Shown: positions 48,496 to 60,603 of the stretch, piece by piece
Numbering within the stretch: position 1 is the first letter of the stretch
Layout of the letters: each line of letters starts with the position of its first letter
Assembly (NCBI GenBank): GCA_958009085.1
Contig: OY253677.1
Span: 1-64,000 of the forward strand
DNA: 64,000 nt
Direction: 5' to 3'
Origin: Protoeuglena noctilucae
Taxonomy: Eukaryota
Program-made: the position numbers and the translations under genes
Notes under the pieces: model-generated
Told to the model about the DNA's origin: nothing
What the model saw: only the letters and a program-made list of their open reading frames with translations
Databases searched by the model: none

Positions 48496-49359
48496 CTGCG
48501 CGCGCCAGACGACGACGCTGAATGTCTCAACGAGGCAAACCCCTGCTAGAGCATCTAAAGCCCCGTCTCTGCTCGACTCACCGACGCGCGGATCCTCGAA
48601 CTCAGCTCGCAACGCTTGCTGGACCTCATGCCCGCCCTCAATCGCGCGCCGACCCGCGGGCCCTGCATGGCAACGCTGCCCCAACCTGCGTCCCTTCATG
48701 GAGCCGCGCCCGGCCCCCGATGCCTGCAGTGCCCTTCCATGCAACTGCATCTCGCTCACGTGCTGCACCGGCGGGCCTCGCGCGCGATGCGGACGCCCAC
48801 CGGACCGTGGGCTTGGCAATTGCGCCTCGGAGGTTCAACCAACGTCTCGCTCTCCGATCGCACGCTCGCGGTCCCCAGCTCACACTCGCACTTGCTCGTC
48901 TGGTGGCGCGAAGTGCCTTGGAGCCGGTCCCCCCCTCGGAGCCTGGCAAGTGTGGGGGAGACCTCGCTGGCGCGTGCTGCGCCGGAGGGACGGATGTCCG
49001 CGTGCAATCCGCCAGCCACGGTGCGCGTGCACTTCACACACGACTCGGTGATCGTGATGGAGCGCTAAGGGCTTGAAGGAAAGGCAGGGCAGAACATGTA
49101 CCATTGCGATGTGCCAATGCACGCTTGTGGCGCACCCCGTATGTTCTAGACAAAGCCCGCTCGACGCAATGCGGGAAGTCAACGGCATGCAAGCGCCAGA
49201 GTGATTGCACGCTCAGCAAAGCTCTGCAACTCCGTGCCCAGTCCAACAAAACGAGCATTTCTGAAACAGGCGCAGAGAGAAGAGGATAGAGAGGATTGAC
49301 GACGACGTCGATGCGGATGTGGCAAAGAACAAAGCCGCCAAATAGGCTCTTGGCTAGTA

Positions 49360-51900
49360 CTAGTCCTCAATGCAGGGTTGGGGACCCCCGAGCAGCGCAG
49401 GGGCGCTGTGGCAGTGGCGCGGGGGGGAACCAGGCAGACGCGGCGCCATGGTCCCCAGCGCGAGGCGCAGGGGCACGTCGAGCATCGCATCGGCCGCCCC
49501 CGTCTCGGTGTCGCCCTTGCCCTTGACCCAGACCGTCTTGCGGTGGAAGCGGCCCTGCACGTTAGCCGGCAGTAGCGCCATGGTCTCCGCGGTGGCACGC
49601 ACGAATCCTGGCGGGCACAGGGCTTCCATGCGCGAAGCCATGTTGACCGTATCCCCCGTCAGCGTCAGGAAGTTGCGCGTTTGGCCTATGACCCCCGCAG
49701 CCACGGGCCCCATGTGCATCCCGATGAGCAGGGACAGGCCTTGTGGGAAGGGCGCCGCCTCGTCGATGACTTCGGGCGCGTCGATCCACGACGCCACGGC
49801 CGCCAGGTCCAGCGCGGCGCGCAGGGCGGACATGGCGTGGTCCGGGTCGTCCTCCACCAGGTTGGCGCAGGCGATGTAGGCATCCGCCACGGTGGCCAGC
49901 GTGGCGAGGCCGTGGCGCGCCATGACGTCGTCCGCGCGGGCGAAGAAGGCGTGGAGCAGGTGCAGGGCCGGGGTGGCGTCCTCGACGTCTGCCAGCTCCT
50001 CCATGCCGTGGATGCTGGCGAAGAGCACCGTGACGCGGTCGTACTGCCGGTAGTAGACGAGTCGGGAGGGGCCGGCGGGGGCCGCGCCGTGCGCGTCCGG
50101 TTGGTCCGCGCTCGCCTGGGCCGTCAGGGCCTCGACCTGCTCGTCGATGGCGGTGGCCAGGTGCGGCCGCACGTCCTGGCGGCCCGAGGGGACGCCGGGG
50201 TTGGCGGAGATGGCGTTGACCCACCCCGACGGCGACGACGGGGAGTGGAAGGATGGCGTCGGCGCGTCGAGGGTCGTCGTGCGAGACAGAGACCCCACCG
50301 CAAAGGCCTTACTGTCCCTGGACAAGCCCTTGGGGCGAGTGCCGCGCGTCCTCGCGCGGATGCGCTCGTTGATGAGGGCCCGGGCGACCTCGTTTGGCAC
50401 AAAGCGCTCCAGCACCTGCTCGCGGTCGGCGACCATGGCCGCCGTGCGCAGCTGGCACACCCCGGACGACAGCAGGCCCAGCGTGACCACCAGCATCGGG
50501 TCCATGACCGTGTCCTGCCCCGTCGTGAGGCGGTAGATGCACACGGTCAGCAGGACGTACGCTGCGGGGGGGGGGGGGGGGCGCAAGCGAGCGCTGCGAG
50601 TGGCGACATGCCGCCACCGACTGCTCACCGCTGCTGCGTGGCACCTCGCAAGCACCTCACCGATCCAGGGCGCCACCGACTCGATCATGCGGCTCCCCGC
50701 CAGCATCTCGTAGACGTACACGCAGTAGGCCCAGTTGAGGCGGTCCAGCCACGACTCGTCGGGGTCGCGGCAGCCCTCGACCCACATGGCGCGGCGGGCC
50801 CTGACCTCCGCGGCCGGCGGCGGGTGCCAGCAGAAGCCGTACAGTGGCATAATCAGGGTGTGGTTGAGGAGGTCCAGGATGGATCCACCCAAGACGTACT
50901 TGCTGAAGCCACCGCGCCAGGCGACCGCGTAGGTGAGGGAGCCGTTCTCAGCCAGGAACTGGAAGACGTAGCAAGCGACGACGCTGAAACAGAGCTGCGG
51001 AAACGTGGTTGGTGTCTCGTCTCGGATGAAGGCCTGTCATGTCCCACCCTCACTCATGTGCTGCACCGACGGGTCACCCTTTCTCGCTCACCCTGTGGTC
51101 GCCGCGCGAGAAGACGAGCAGCGCCGTTGCCGTAGCGGAGGCGTGGCCGACGTGAACGATAGACAGGGCCGAGAGGCGCGCGTTGTACCGCCACACGCGC
51201 GCCGCAACGATCTTGCTCAGGCCACGAAGGAAGACAATCAGGCTGCGGAGTCAGGAGGCACGTGGTGCATTTGTATCGTGTTCACATCGCTATGGAAGCC
51301 GGTGTCCCCTTGTGAGCCACTGCAGCACGTGCCTGAGGTACTGGCCCCTGTAGCGCATCATGAAGGCGCTGGTCGAGCGGTGCAGGTACGCGACCGTGCC
51401 CGTCACTACCAGAAGGACCGCGGACGCGACGATGAGCGCCACAGCCTGGCACTCAAGCTTAATCTGTGTTGGCCAGGAGTGCGCACAGCATTCAGCAGCC
51501 CCTTGGCCAGCTTTGGGAGCAAAACGGTCCTGCTCCCACAAGTCACCTTGCTGCAAACGTTCGGATCGATGCAGGGCCCGAAGGTGAGAGAATAATGAAA
51601 ATACGGAATGTAGACGATGCAGATGGCGCTGAGGAAAGCCATCCGAATTGGGGAGTCCATGGACATGTTCAAACCCTCTCTGATAAAGGCGCCGGAAGCT
51701 CCTGGGGGAGGGAAAGCCGGCCGCGTCGGAGTCGGGCGCAACAAGCACGGCAGCCAGCAGCACCATCCCCGCCGATCACCGTCGCTCACGTTTCAGCCAG
51801 CAAGTGACATGATCGTACATCGATGGCGTCATCTTTTGCCAGATCAGGGTAGCTCGCGCCCGGCTGGGCACGAGAACCACCGGGGCCGCCGATCCTTGGC
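49360..51900 (-). CDS. Multi-TM class III adenylyl/guanylyl cyclase-like protein with a single degenerate catalytic domain; 5' end uncertain
   Basis: Hydrophobic exons (MAFLSAICIVYIPYF; AVALIVASAVLLVVTGTVAYL; LCFSVVACYVFQF), VLERFVPNEVA helix, then VTVLFASIHG...TVADAYIA...IGMHMGPVAAGVIG...GDTVNMASRME...VKGKG. Confidence 0.88.
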
Positions 51901-52214
51901 ACTGAGATGCTACGGCTGAGGCATGCCCGCGATTCGGACATTGGCGTCCCTGCCCGCAAGTTAACTGACCACATGCTCCAAGGTGAGCCAGTCGTCCTTG
52001 TTCAGGGCCGAGTGACACTGCTTCACTTACTGACGCTGTCTACACCGCAGGAACCCGGCTCGACGGCCCTCCCGCGGCTCTCATGCGACGACCAGTTTCT
52101 TTATGGATCCTTTGCGGTCGCCACCGTGCGGCGGCCGACCCTTTCCGGGCTCCTGAGCGACGAGGGCGGTGTGCTCTGCGGGTCGCCGGGCCGCGCGTCG
52201 GCCCAGGCACTGAG

Positions 52215-52598
52215 ATGCGGGGCGCGAGCGACGATGGTCGTCCTGCGAGGGTCCTGAGCATCCAGTCCCACGGGGTACCACCCAGTGTTCCGCTCCGGGG
52301 GCGTCCCTGCCCTCGGGGGCGCTCAGGCTCGTCAACATCCTTGGTGGCCTGCGCGAGAACGGACTACATGCACATGCTGACGGGTTACATCGGCCCCGTG
52401 TCGTTCTTGGAACAGGCCGTCGCCGTGGCGCAGGAGCTGCGGTGACTTGACGGTGCTCCCGCGTGTTGGGCAAGCCTGCGCATGGATATCAATGGATGCG
52501 AGCCGGCAGATGTCCGCCGCCCCCGCAGGACGTCTTGCTCGCGAGACACGTCTTTCGGGTATCTGTGCGACCCGGTCATGGGCGACGACGGGCGCCTG
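52215..52598 (+). pseudogene. pdxK: Pyridoxal kinase (PdxK) fragment with internal deletion and frameshifts
   Basis: RVLSIQSH is fused directly to the TGY...F region. LVNILGGLRENG lies in another frame. YMHMLTGYIGPVSFL...LR|...YLCDPVMGDDGRL follows; no C-terminal half is recognisable. Confidence 0.85.
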
Positions 52599-53277
52599 GT
52601 GCGTGGCTTTCTCAGCATGCATGTGCGCCACGGGCTGCCGTTTCCTCGCCCTCACAGTCGCACACGGGGTGGCCAACCCTTGTCCAGTGTCAACAGACGA
52701 GCGAGCAGGGTGTCTTGCGCAAGGGCCAGAGCGAAAGCCAGGGCAGTGGTTTTGGTATAAGAGGCAATGCAGCGCGGCTGTCGTTGGTCCATGAGGCGCG
52801 AGGGTAAGCGGGGGAGACAACGCAGCGGCGTTTGACCCGGAACTGCATTTACTTAAAGAGCAACGCCGCATTTAAGCGATGAGCAGCAACACGCGCATGC
52901 GAGGCAAATATGTAGGCAGATATGTAGGGGAAGGGCGGTGCTGCGGCCGCATTGAGCAGAAGGCAGTGTGCGGCAGGGGTGCATTGGAACAGCAAGTGCC
53001 GCAGGCAGGAAGAGGGCAGTCGCAAACAGGAGCAGCATCCCTCGTATTGCAGCAGATGGGCCAAGCTAGCACAGGGCAAGTGCTTGGCCGGAGGGACGAA
53101 GGAAGACACGGATGGAGGAAACAAGACGACGCTCCTATTGTGAAGAGCAACAAAAACTGGCAAGCATTTGCCTTGCGTAGGCATGGCGGAAGACACAGCG
53201 AGAGCATGGCGCAGGCGTTTGCGATGGCAGCTGCGGCTGGGGGAGCAGTGGCGCACGGAGCGAACGGGCACGGTGGC

Positions 53278-54155
53278 TCAGCTCCAGGGACTGGACTGGG
53301 TACGCTGAGGCGATGCGGAGTCAGCGTCGACTCCGTCCTGCTGCTGCAGGGATGCGGGTGGTGTTGTGCACGGCACGGGATGCAGCCATGCGATGGCAGA
53401 GGTGGCGAGGGCGCAGCGGCTGGCGACTGTGGTGCCGTCGTCATGCTCACGAGTCCTCGTTAGCCACGCGGGAGCCATGGTCAGAAACAACCATGTCGGA
53501 GCTTGCAGCCCTGCCGAGGGGCGAGATGGGAAAGGACGGCAGGGCGTCCTGCGAGGGCGTGCCGGTCCGCAGGCGTCGAGGGCAGCGGATGCACCGAGAG
53601 CTGACAATGGACAGGCTCAGACTTGTGGCATGCAGAGGCCCGCGTCACTCACGAGAGGGGCCGGCCCGGCAGGGCTCGCTGTCCGGGAGTGCTGGGGGCT
53701 CGCGGAAAGGGTCACGCAGGAGCGGAAGGGGGTGTCGTCCGACGACTTGTGAGCAAAGGGCGGCGTGAGGCTGCACAAGTGATTGGCGGCCGAGGTCGAA
53801 TGCGGCGTGTCCTGCGAACAGCACAAGGTGAAGCTGAAGTTGGCCCCACCCCGGGCGATGCTTCCACGCGGCCACCCCTTGGACGCATCGGTGGCACAGC
53901 GGTGATTGAAGGAATACTGTCGAGGAACGATGCGGTGCGGATCCTCCGGAGGATCGCCTGGGAGGGGCACAGCAAAGCGGTGGCCATGTGATGAGTGTCC
54001 GCACGGTGAGGGCGCATTCGCCTATCCAACCCTGACTGCACCTTGCGATGTTGGTTATGCATGCTCGGCGGGCTCTTGGGCAAAAGGAGGCGGCCTCCGT
54101 CAGGCGTGGCCGGCCCGTCGACGTTGACCACCTTGAAGCTCGCGTCGGGACGCAT
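53278..54155 (-). CDS. Hypothetical protein, spliced; shares an FLDSIP motif with the gene at 15384-16430
   Basis: MRPDASFKVVNVDG...LLLPKSPPSMHNQHRK|GT..AG|AILRRIRTASFLDSIP.... Downstream exons uncertain. Confidence 0.3.
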
Positions 54156-54520
54156 CGTGTTCGTGCCTCTGGGCGCGCTGAACAAAAAGGCGTTTTGTGA
54201 ATACAACGCCAGCGTGTGGGGGGCTGGGAGTGAAGGTTCAGTGGGTTCAGAGGGGCATCGACTTTACATGGGCAGGGCTCCTTGCTGCCCCATGAGATTT
54301 GATGCTGCCCGACAGACGGCGCTCGGCATAATGACCACTCTTTCAGTTACGACGTGCCCAAGCCCCAGTTTCTGGCTTTCTCTGACTTCCTCTGGCATTC
54401 TGACCGGGGGGGGGGAGGTGCAGATAGCAAGGCTTGCCCCTCTCGCCACGCGTTTTCAATTTCAAAGAAGCAGCATTTCCATCACCAGCCATGCTACCCC
54501 CCCCCCCCCCCCCCCCCCGG

Positions 54521-57500
54521 TCACGCCTCCACCCCCAGCGCCTCCCTCCTCTCCGTGATCCGCGCCTGCTCTGCGGCCGACGCCTCCTCCAGGCTCAGCC
54601 GCTTGGTGACCACCTCGTACACCTCCACCACATCCCCCTCGCGCCAGTCCTTAAAGCCATCCACGCCCAGGCCACACTCTGGGGATGGGGTGGCGTGGAG
54701 GGGCAACCAATCAGCTACTGTGTCACACTGCATTGCATCCCCACTACAATCACTCTCATCCACTCGCCCCCCCCCCCCCCCCCCCCACCACCACTCACCA
54801 GTCCCCGCCTCCACTTGCTCCACCAGGTCCTTGAACCGCCGGATGGAGTTGACCGTCACCCCCCGTCGCCACCACCTCCTTCCCCCGCCGCACGTCCGCC
54901 TGCGCCCCCTTGGCCACCGCCCCCTCCGTCACCTCCACCCCCGCCACGCGCCCGGAGGAGCCGCCCCCAAACACCGCCTTGACCTGAGACGACCGACGAG
55001 GTGATCGGGGTGGGTGCATACAGTGAACGTGGCAGTCAATTCTGGCATGCAGTCTCTAGTGGCACTACCCCCCCCCCCCCCCCCCCCCCCAACCCACCCC
55101 CACCAACCTTGGCCTGCCCCATGGGTCTCTTCTCCTGCACGGCGCGCAGCTTCCCCTCCATGCGCGCCCGCACGTCGTCGATGAGTCCGTAGATGACCTT
55201 GTGGGTCCACACCTCCACCCCGCACGCCTTGGCCTTGGCCAGCACCGCCTCGGAGGGGGCGATGTTGAAGCCCAGCACCAGCGCGCCGCTGCGATTTGGG
55301 GGGGTGGGGGGGGGGGGTCGTGAGTCAGTCAATGATTCGAGTGTTGTTGGGGTCAGTGCTAGCATCATGCCAGTCTCACCACCCCCTCCCCCCCCCCATG
55401 TCACCCCTCACCTGGTGAACGCGAGGTCGATGTCCGACTCGGTGAGGTCCCCCGGGGAGGCCAGCAGGTACCTGAGCCCGACCCTCTCCTGCGGCAGCTG
55501 CCCCAGGGCCGCGCGGATGGCCTCGACCGTGCCGCTCGCGTCGGCCTTGAGCACCAGGTTGATGCGCTGGGGGGCGTCGGCGTCGTCGTCGAACGTGGCC
55601 AGGGAAGAGAGGGACACCGTGGACTGCCCCACCTGGGAGGCCAGGCGCTCGTCCCTCTCCCGCTCCTGGGCCAGGGACGCCTCCTTCCGCGCCTCACCCT
55701 CGTCCGCATACACCTGGGGTAGATGGGGGGTGGGTGTGTGAGTGAGAGTGACAGCGATGCTGAGTGTTCATATACTTGTAGCATATGAACAGTTGGCAAC
55801 ATGCGATCATCCACATCGACGCTCCCTGGTCTCTCTCGCCTTGAAGACGGTCCCCGCGGCCGGCACCCCCCCCAGCCCAAAAACCTGCACGGCCACGGAG
55901 GGCCCCGCCTCGGGCATGGGGTGGCCCAGGTCGTCGATCATCGACCGCACGCGGCCGAAGTGGGGGCCGGCGGCGATGACGTCCCCCGTCCGCAGCGTGC
56001 CCCTCTGCACCAGCACCGTGGCAGCCGCGCCACGACGACGGTCCAGCTCACTCTCAATCACCGTGCCCTGGGGGTGGGTGGGTGGATGTAGGTGTGTGTG
56101 AGTGTCAATCCATTCATTGCACAACATGCATGTACCATAGATATATGCATATATATCTCTCCCTCACCTGTGCCAGTGCCTGTGGGTTGGCCACCAGCAT
56201 CCACCCTTCTCTCATACACACACTCACACCCACTCTCTCCCCCTCACCTGCGCCAGTGCCTGTGGGTTGGCCACCAGCTCCAGCGTCTCTGCCACCAGCA
56301 GCACCATGTCCAGGAGATCCGACACGCCCTCGCCCGTCTTGGCTGACAAAGGGATCTGAGTGAAAGTGGGGAGATTAGCGAAGAGTTATATGACATATGG
56401 ACATGATCCATATATACATGTACCATATCTACCACCACCCCCACCCCCTCTCTCACCATGGGCACGTCCCCCCCCCACTCCTCCGGCACGAGGCTGCACT
56501 CCGCCGCCAGCTGCTGCTTGATCCTCTCCGGGTTCGCGTCCGCCTTGTCCACCTTGTTGATGGCCACCACGATGGGCACGCCGGCCGCCTGGGCGTGGGC
56601 CACCGCCTCGCGCGTCTGTGGCTGCACGCCATCGTCCGCAGCCACAATCACCACCGCCACGTCCGTCACCTGGGGAGGGATGAGGGGGGGTAAGGTGAGA
56701 TGTGAACAGTGGACAGCGAGTGCGCTGCTGCCACAACCGCACCCCCACTGCACAGCCACAACCCCAGTCACCCCCACCAACAGCACCACTCGCCTTGGCC
56801 CCGCGTGCCCTCATGGCGGAGAAGGCCTCGTGCCCCGGGGTGTCGAGGAAGCAGATCCCCCGCGTGCCCTCCCCCCCCTCGACCGCCACGTTGTAGGCCC
56901 CGATGGACTGGGTGATGCCCCCCGCCTCCCCCGCCGCCACTCGGCTCTTGCGCACGTAGTCGAGGAGGCTCGTCTTGCCGTGGTCCACGTGGCCCATCAC
57001 GGTGACCACCGGCTGCCGGGGCACCAGCCGCTCCACGTCCGCCTCCTCCATGATGGCAAAGTCCACGTCCTTCTGTAAGTGGGTGGGTGTGTGTGAAGAG
57101 CAGTCGTGAGTGTTATGTAGATATGCATTGAATGATACACATGCGTTCACACAAACACACACCCAATAACACACACACACCTACACACTCCCCCCCTCGT
57201 CACCTTGGCGGCGTCCGTGCCCCCCCCCCCCTCCTCGTCCACCACCATGACCCCGAACTGCTCGGCCACCACGCGCACCGCGTCCCTGTCCAGCTGCTGG
57301 TTCATCTGCGCCATCACGCCCTTCACGAACAGCGCGCGGATGACCTCCCCGGGGGACACGGCCAGCCGGGACGCCAGGTCATTCACCGACATGCCGGAGG
57401 GGCCCACGCCGAGGATCTCCTCCTGTGTGGATGTGGAGAGACACACATGCATGAGACACATGCTCACTCATTCTGCGCTCTCACTGTCAGCATACCCCCT

Positions 57501-58496
57501 TGCTCACCTTCTCCTGGGCGTTGGCCTCGGCGCGCTCCTTGCGGGCCATCTTGCGCTCGGCGCGGGCGTCACGGCGCTTGCGGACATCTGCAGATGTAAG
57601 GGGGGGTAACACTGTGTGTGAGAGGACATGCACAGCAACGACACAGTCAGGTTAGACACCCACCCCACCCCACCGCCATGCTCACCGATCTTCCCCTCGT
57701 TCTGAGACTCCGCCGGTGTCGGTGCCCCATTCGCGGACGACTGCCCACCGACACCACCGCCGTGCCGACCCCGCGACGCTCCCCCCGCGCCACCGACCCT
57801 CCCCCCACCCCTCCGCCCCGCCCACCGCCGCCCACGCTCCCCGTCCCCTTCCTCATCGTCACCGCCGCCGCCGCCACCGACCCGCGCCTTCCGACCGCGC
57901 CCCGACCCCTCCTTCTCCCCCGCATCCTCCCTCTCCCCCTCCCACCCCCCCCCCCTTGCGCCACCCGCGGCTGCCCTCCCGCCCCCGCTCCCGCCCCCGC
58001 CCGCGGCCCTCCCCCTCCTCCCCGTCGCCGCCCGCCCTCGCCGGCGCCTTCCCCTGCCGCGCCTCGGGACTCCGCTCCCGCCGCGGCCCGCGACTCCGCG
58101 GCTCCTCCCCCTCCCCCTCCGCACCACCGCTACCCCCCTTGCCCTCCTGGTAATGCGAGCGGTGGTAACTGCGCTTGGCGCCCTCCGGCAACTTACTGCG
58201 AGAAGACACAGGGATGGGCGTGGGTCGTCAGCTCCCCGCTTCTCCGGCACGGCGGGGGGCACAACGACTGCCCACACGGCGCACGCACCTCATCTTGGAG
58301 CGCCGGGGCTGCGGCTTGATGGGGGCCAGCAGCTCCGATCCCTCCTCCCCCTCATACTCTGCGCGGACGGGGAGACGGGCGCGGCGAGGGTCGCGGGAAC
58401 CGCTGCCGCGCGGGGAAGGACCCAGCCGTTGGCCGCGATGCAGACAGGGCTCCGAGCCGTCAGCGAGCGACGCGCGGGAGGGCCAGTGGGCATCAT
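54521..58496 (-). CDS. infB: Plastid translation initiation factor IF2, multi-exon; start approximate; apparent homopolymer frameshifts
   Basis: [60 protein letters not shown]...[35 protein letters not shown]...[10 protein letters not shown]. Transit-peptide-like N-terminus. Confidence 0.95.
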
Positions 58497-59204
58497 TCGG
58501 AATGCATAAGTCGACCTGCCAATCTCGCGGCCGCAGGGGCCCGCGCAGCCGGCGCGAGAGGACCGAGACGCGGCACCACCGAAAGCGTGGGCCCGCTCGC
58601 GCGCCTGTGGGCCTTATCAAACGGTCTTCGAGCGACCCGCAACGTTTCCGACACACGAGACGCCGACGGAAGGAGGCGCGGAGAAAAAGAGAACGCGGGG
58701 AGCGCGGGAGGGCCTCTCCATCATCCAGTGGGACGACCAGTGCGGGGCGGCCACCAGGCGCGAGGGCCGGCGAGTGTACCGCGCCGAGACAGGTCGATTG
58801 ACGAGCGCAGTCGAGGATGCCGAAGGAGGGCGCGCGTGCAGCTCAGAATTCGCGAAAAGGAACATCGGGAAGGAACCCCGGCCGCACCGCCCGTCGCCGG
58901 GCTGCGGATTCCTCAGCAACGACATCGTCTCACCTGCGACCGCCCGCAGCTGCCAGCGCGGCGCGCTGTGGGTGCCGCGGCAGGGCCCCAGGGGCCTCGG
59001 GCCCGCGAGCAGCCCGGAACACAGGCCCACCGCTCTCAGCATGCTAGTAACGAGCTGCGCGAGGAGTGTGCCTGCGCGAGGACCTCCTGGCTGGTCGAGG
59101 GCTCGGGGAAGTGCAACATCGTGCCGCACCGCCAGTCTGTGCCTTGGACCCGCCTCTCTGCCCCACTTCAAGGCTGCTAGGATCACATGGCCGCGATCCT
59201 TGCA

Positions 59205-60603
59205 TCAGAGCAAGGTGAGCACGAGCAAGAGGGCCACGAGCGCGACCGAGGCGCGCGCCACGGCGGCGGCGGAGCAGTCGCTGTTGTAGCAGCAGCCCGA
59301 GTAGACCCTGACGTCGCTGGAGGGCGCCTGGGTGGCCGCGGGGGTGGCGGTGGGGGTCGGGGTGGGCGACCCCGCGGCCGGCAGGGTGGCCCCCGGTTTG
59401 TAGAAGGCCGTGCCGTTGGGCGTCACGTAGTTGGCCACCAGCAGGGCCATGAAGTCGCCCATGGCCACGTACTCGGGGCTGGCCCCGCCCGGCGCACCGG
59501 GGCACTGGGCCTGGAGGGCGCACCCCGTGTGGAAGAGGACCTTGCTGGTCTCGAAGCCCAGCTTGGTCTGGGAGAACTTGAGGCCCGTGCACACCTCGGC
59601 CGCCGCGCCGCACGTCTGCGTGAGGGTGGTGGCAGAGGCGAGGTACTTGGCGCAGCTCCAGTCGAGGGTGAGGGAGGAGAAGGAGGCGTAGCAGGGGTGC
59701 TGGGAGGGGTCGGCGAGGGAGGCGGGCGTGTTGAGGGAGGTGAGGTCGCTCACGTAGCACTGGAGCTGGCCGTCTGCGGTGGATAAGGGGTGGAGGGTTG
59801 AATCACACGCGATGACGGGCAGGGCGCGGGGTGCGTGGTGGGGTGGGTGGGGGTCGGGGGTTAAGTTACATGCAATGACACGGCGGAGTGTGGCAGAGTG
59901 ATGATGCATCACGCCTCATGCCACCAGCCCCGCTCACCGTTTGCCAGGCGGACGTCGTCGTTGCAGATGTCGTTGGTGCAGCCGCCTTTCGACACGTCCA
60001 GGCCGCTCGCGTTGGTGACGGTGGTGATGTAGGTGGGACTCGTGGCGTTGAATGACGCGCCCGGGTAGGCGCTCTGCTTGTCGCACCCGGTGGGGAAGTA
60101 GACCGACCGGGTGACCGTGCCCGTGGTCTGCGAGACGCGCGTCACGGTGCACATGTCGTAGCCGTCGGCGCGGGAGCACGAGACTAGGTCCTCGCCCGCC
60201 GTGTTCCTGCTCTTCTCGCACTGCAGCGTGTCAGCCGCGGCGCAGTCGGAGGGAGGGTAGAAGGTCCCGGTGGTAAACAGGTAGTCCGCAAGGCTGGCGT
60301 TCGTGTCGCCTGCGAAATCGGGGCCCGGAGGGACGGATAACAAAGCACACATCCATTCGCGACGAGGCTGTCGAAATGCATCGGCCAGCAGAGCCGCAAA
60401 GGACAGCTGTGCGCATCAGCTGAGCCATCGCAGCGCGCTGTGCGTTGCGTACGCGGTCCCAGCTCACGCTGCTTGTAGCATTCGATGGTGGATTTCCCCG
60501 ACAACGCCAGGGACCTGTGCGTCCCGCCGCCAAGCGCTGTCGTCGCCGCAGTCACGACGCACAGTGCGCCCGCGATGGCGACCGCGCCCGCGCGCGAGGG
60601 CAT
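59205..60603 (-). CDS. Secreted, GPI-anchor-type Cys-rich protein with two Ly6/uPAR (three-finger)-like domains, 3 exons
   Basis: Signal peptide MPSRAGAVAIAGALCVVTAATTA. Domain 1 IECY...CTNDICN. Domain 2 LQCY...CCYNSDCS. C-terminal SAA plus hydrophobic tail VALVALLLVLTLL*. Confidence 0.75.

Noticed and set aside
54865..57960. Frameshifts in IF2 (~54870 and ~57950) as pseudogenisation or programmed frameshifting
   Set aside because: Both fall in G/C homopolymer runs of an otherwise conserved essential gene, so they are probably sequencing indels. The same caveat applies to the shifts at ~26265 and ~26672.
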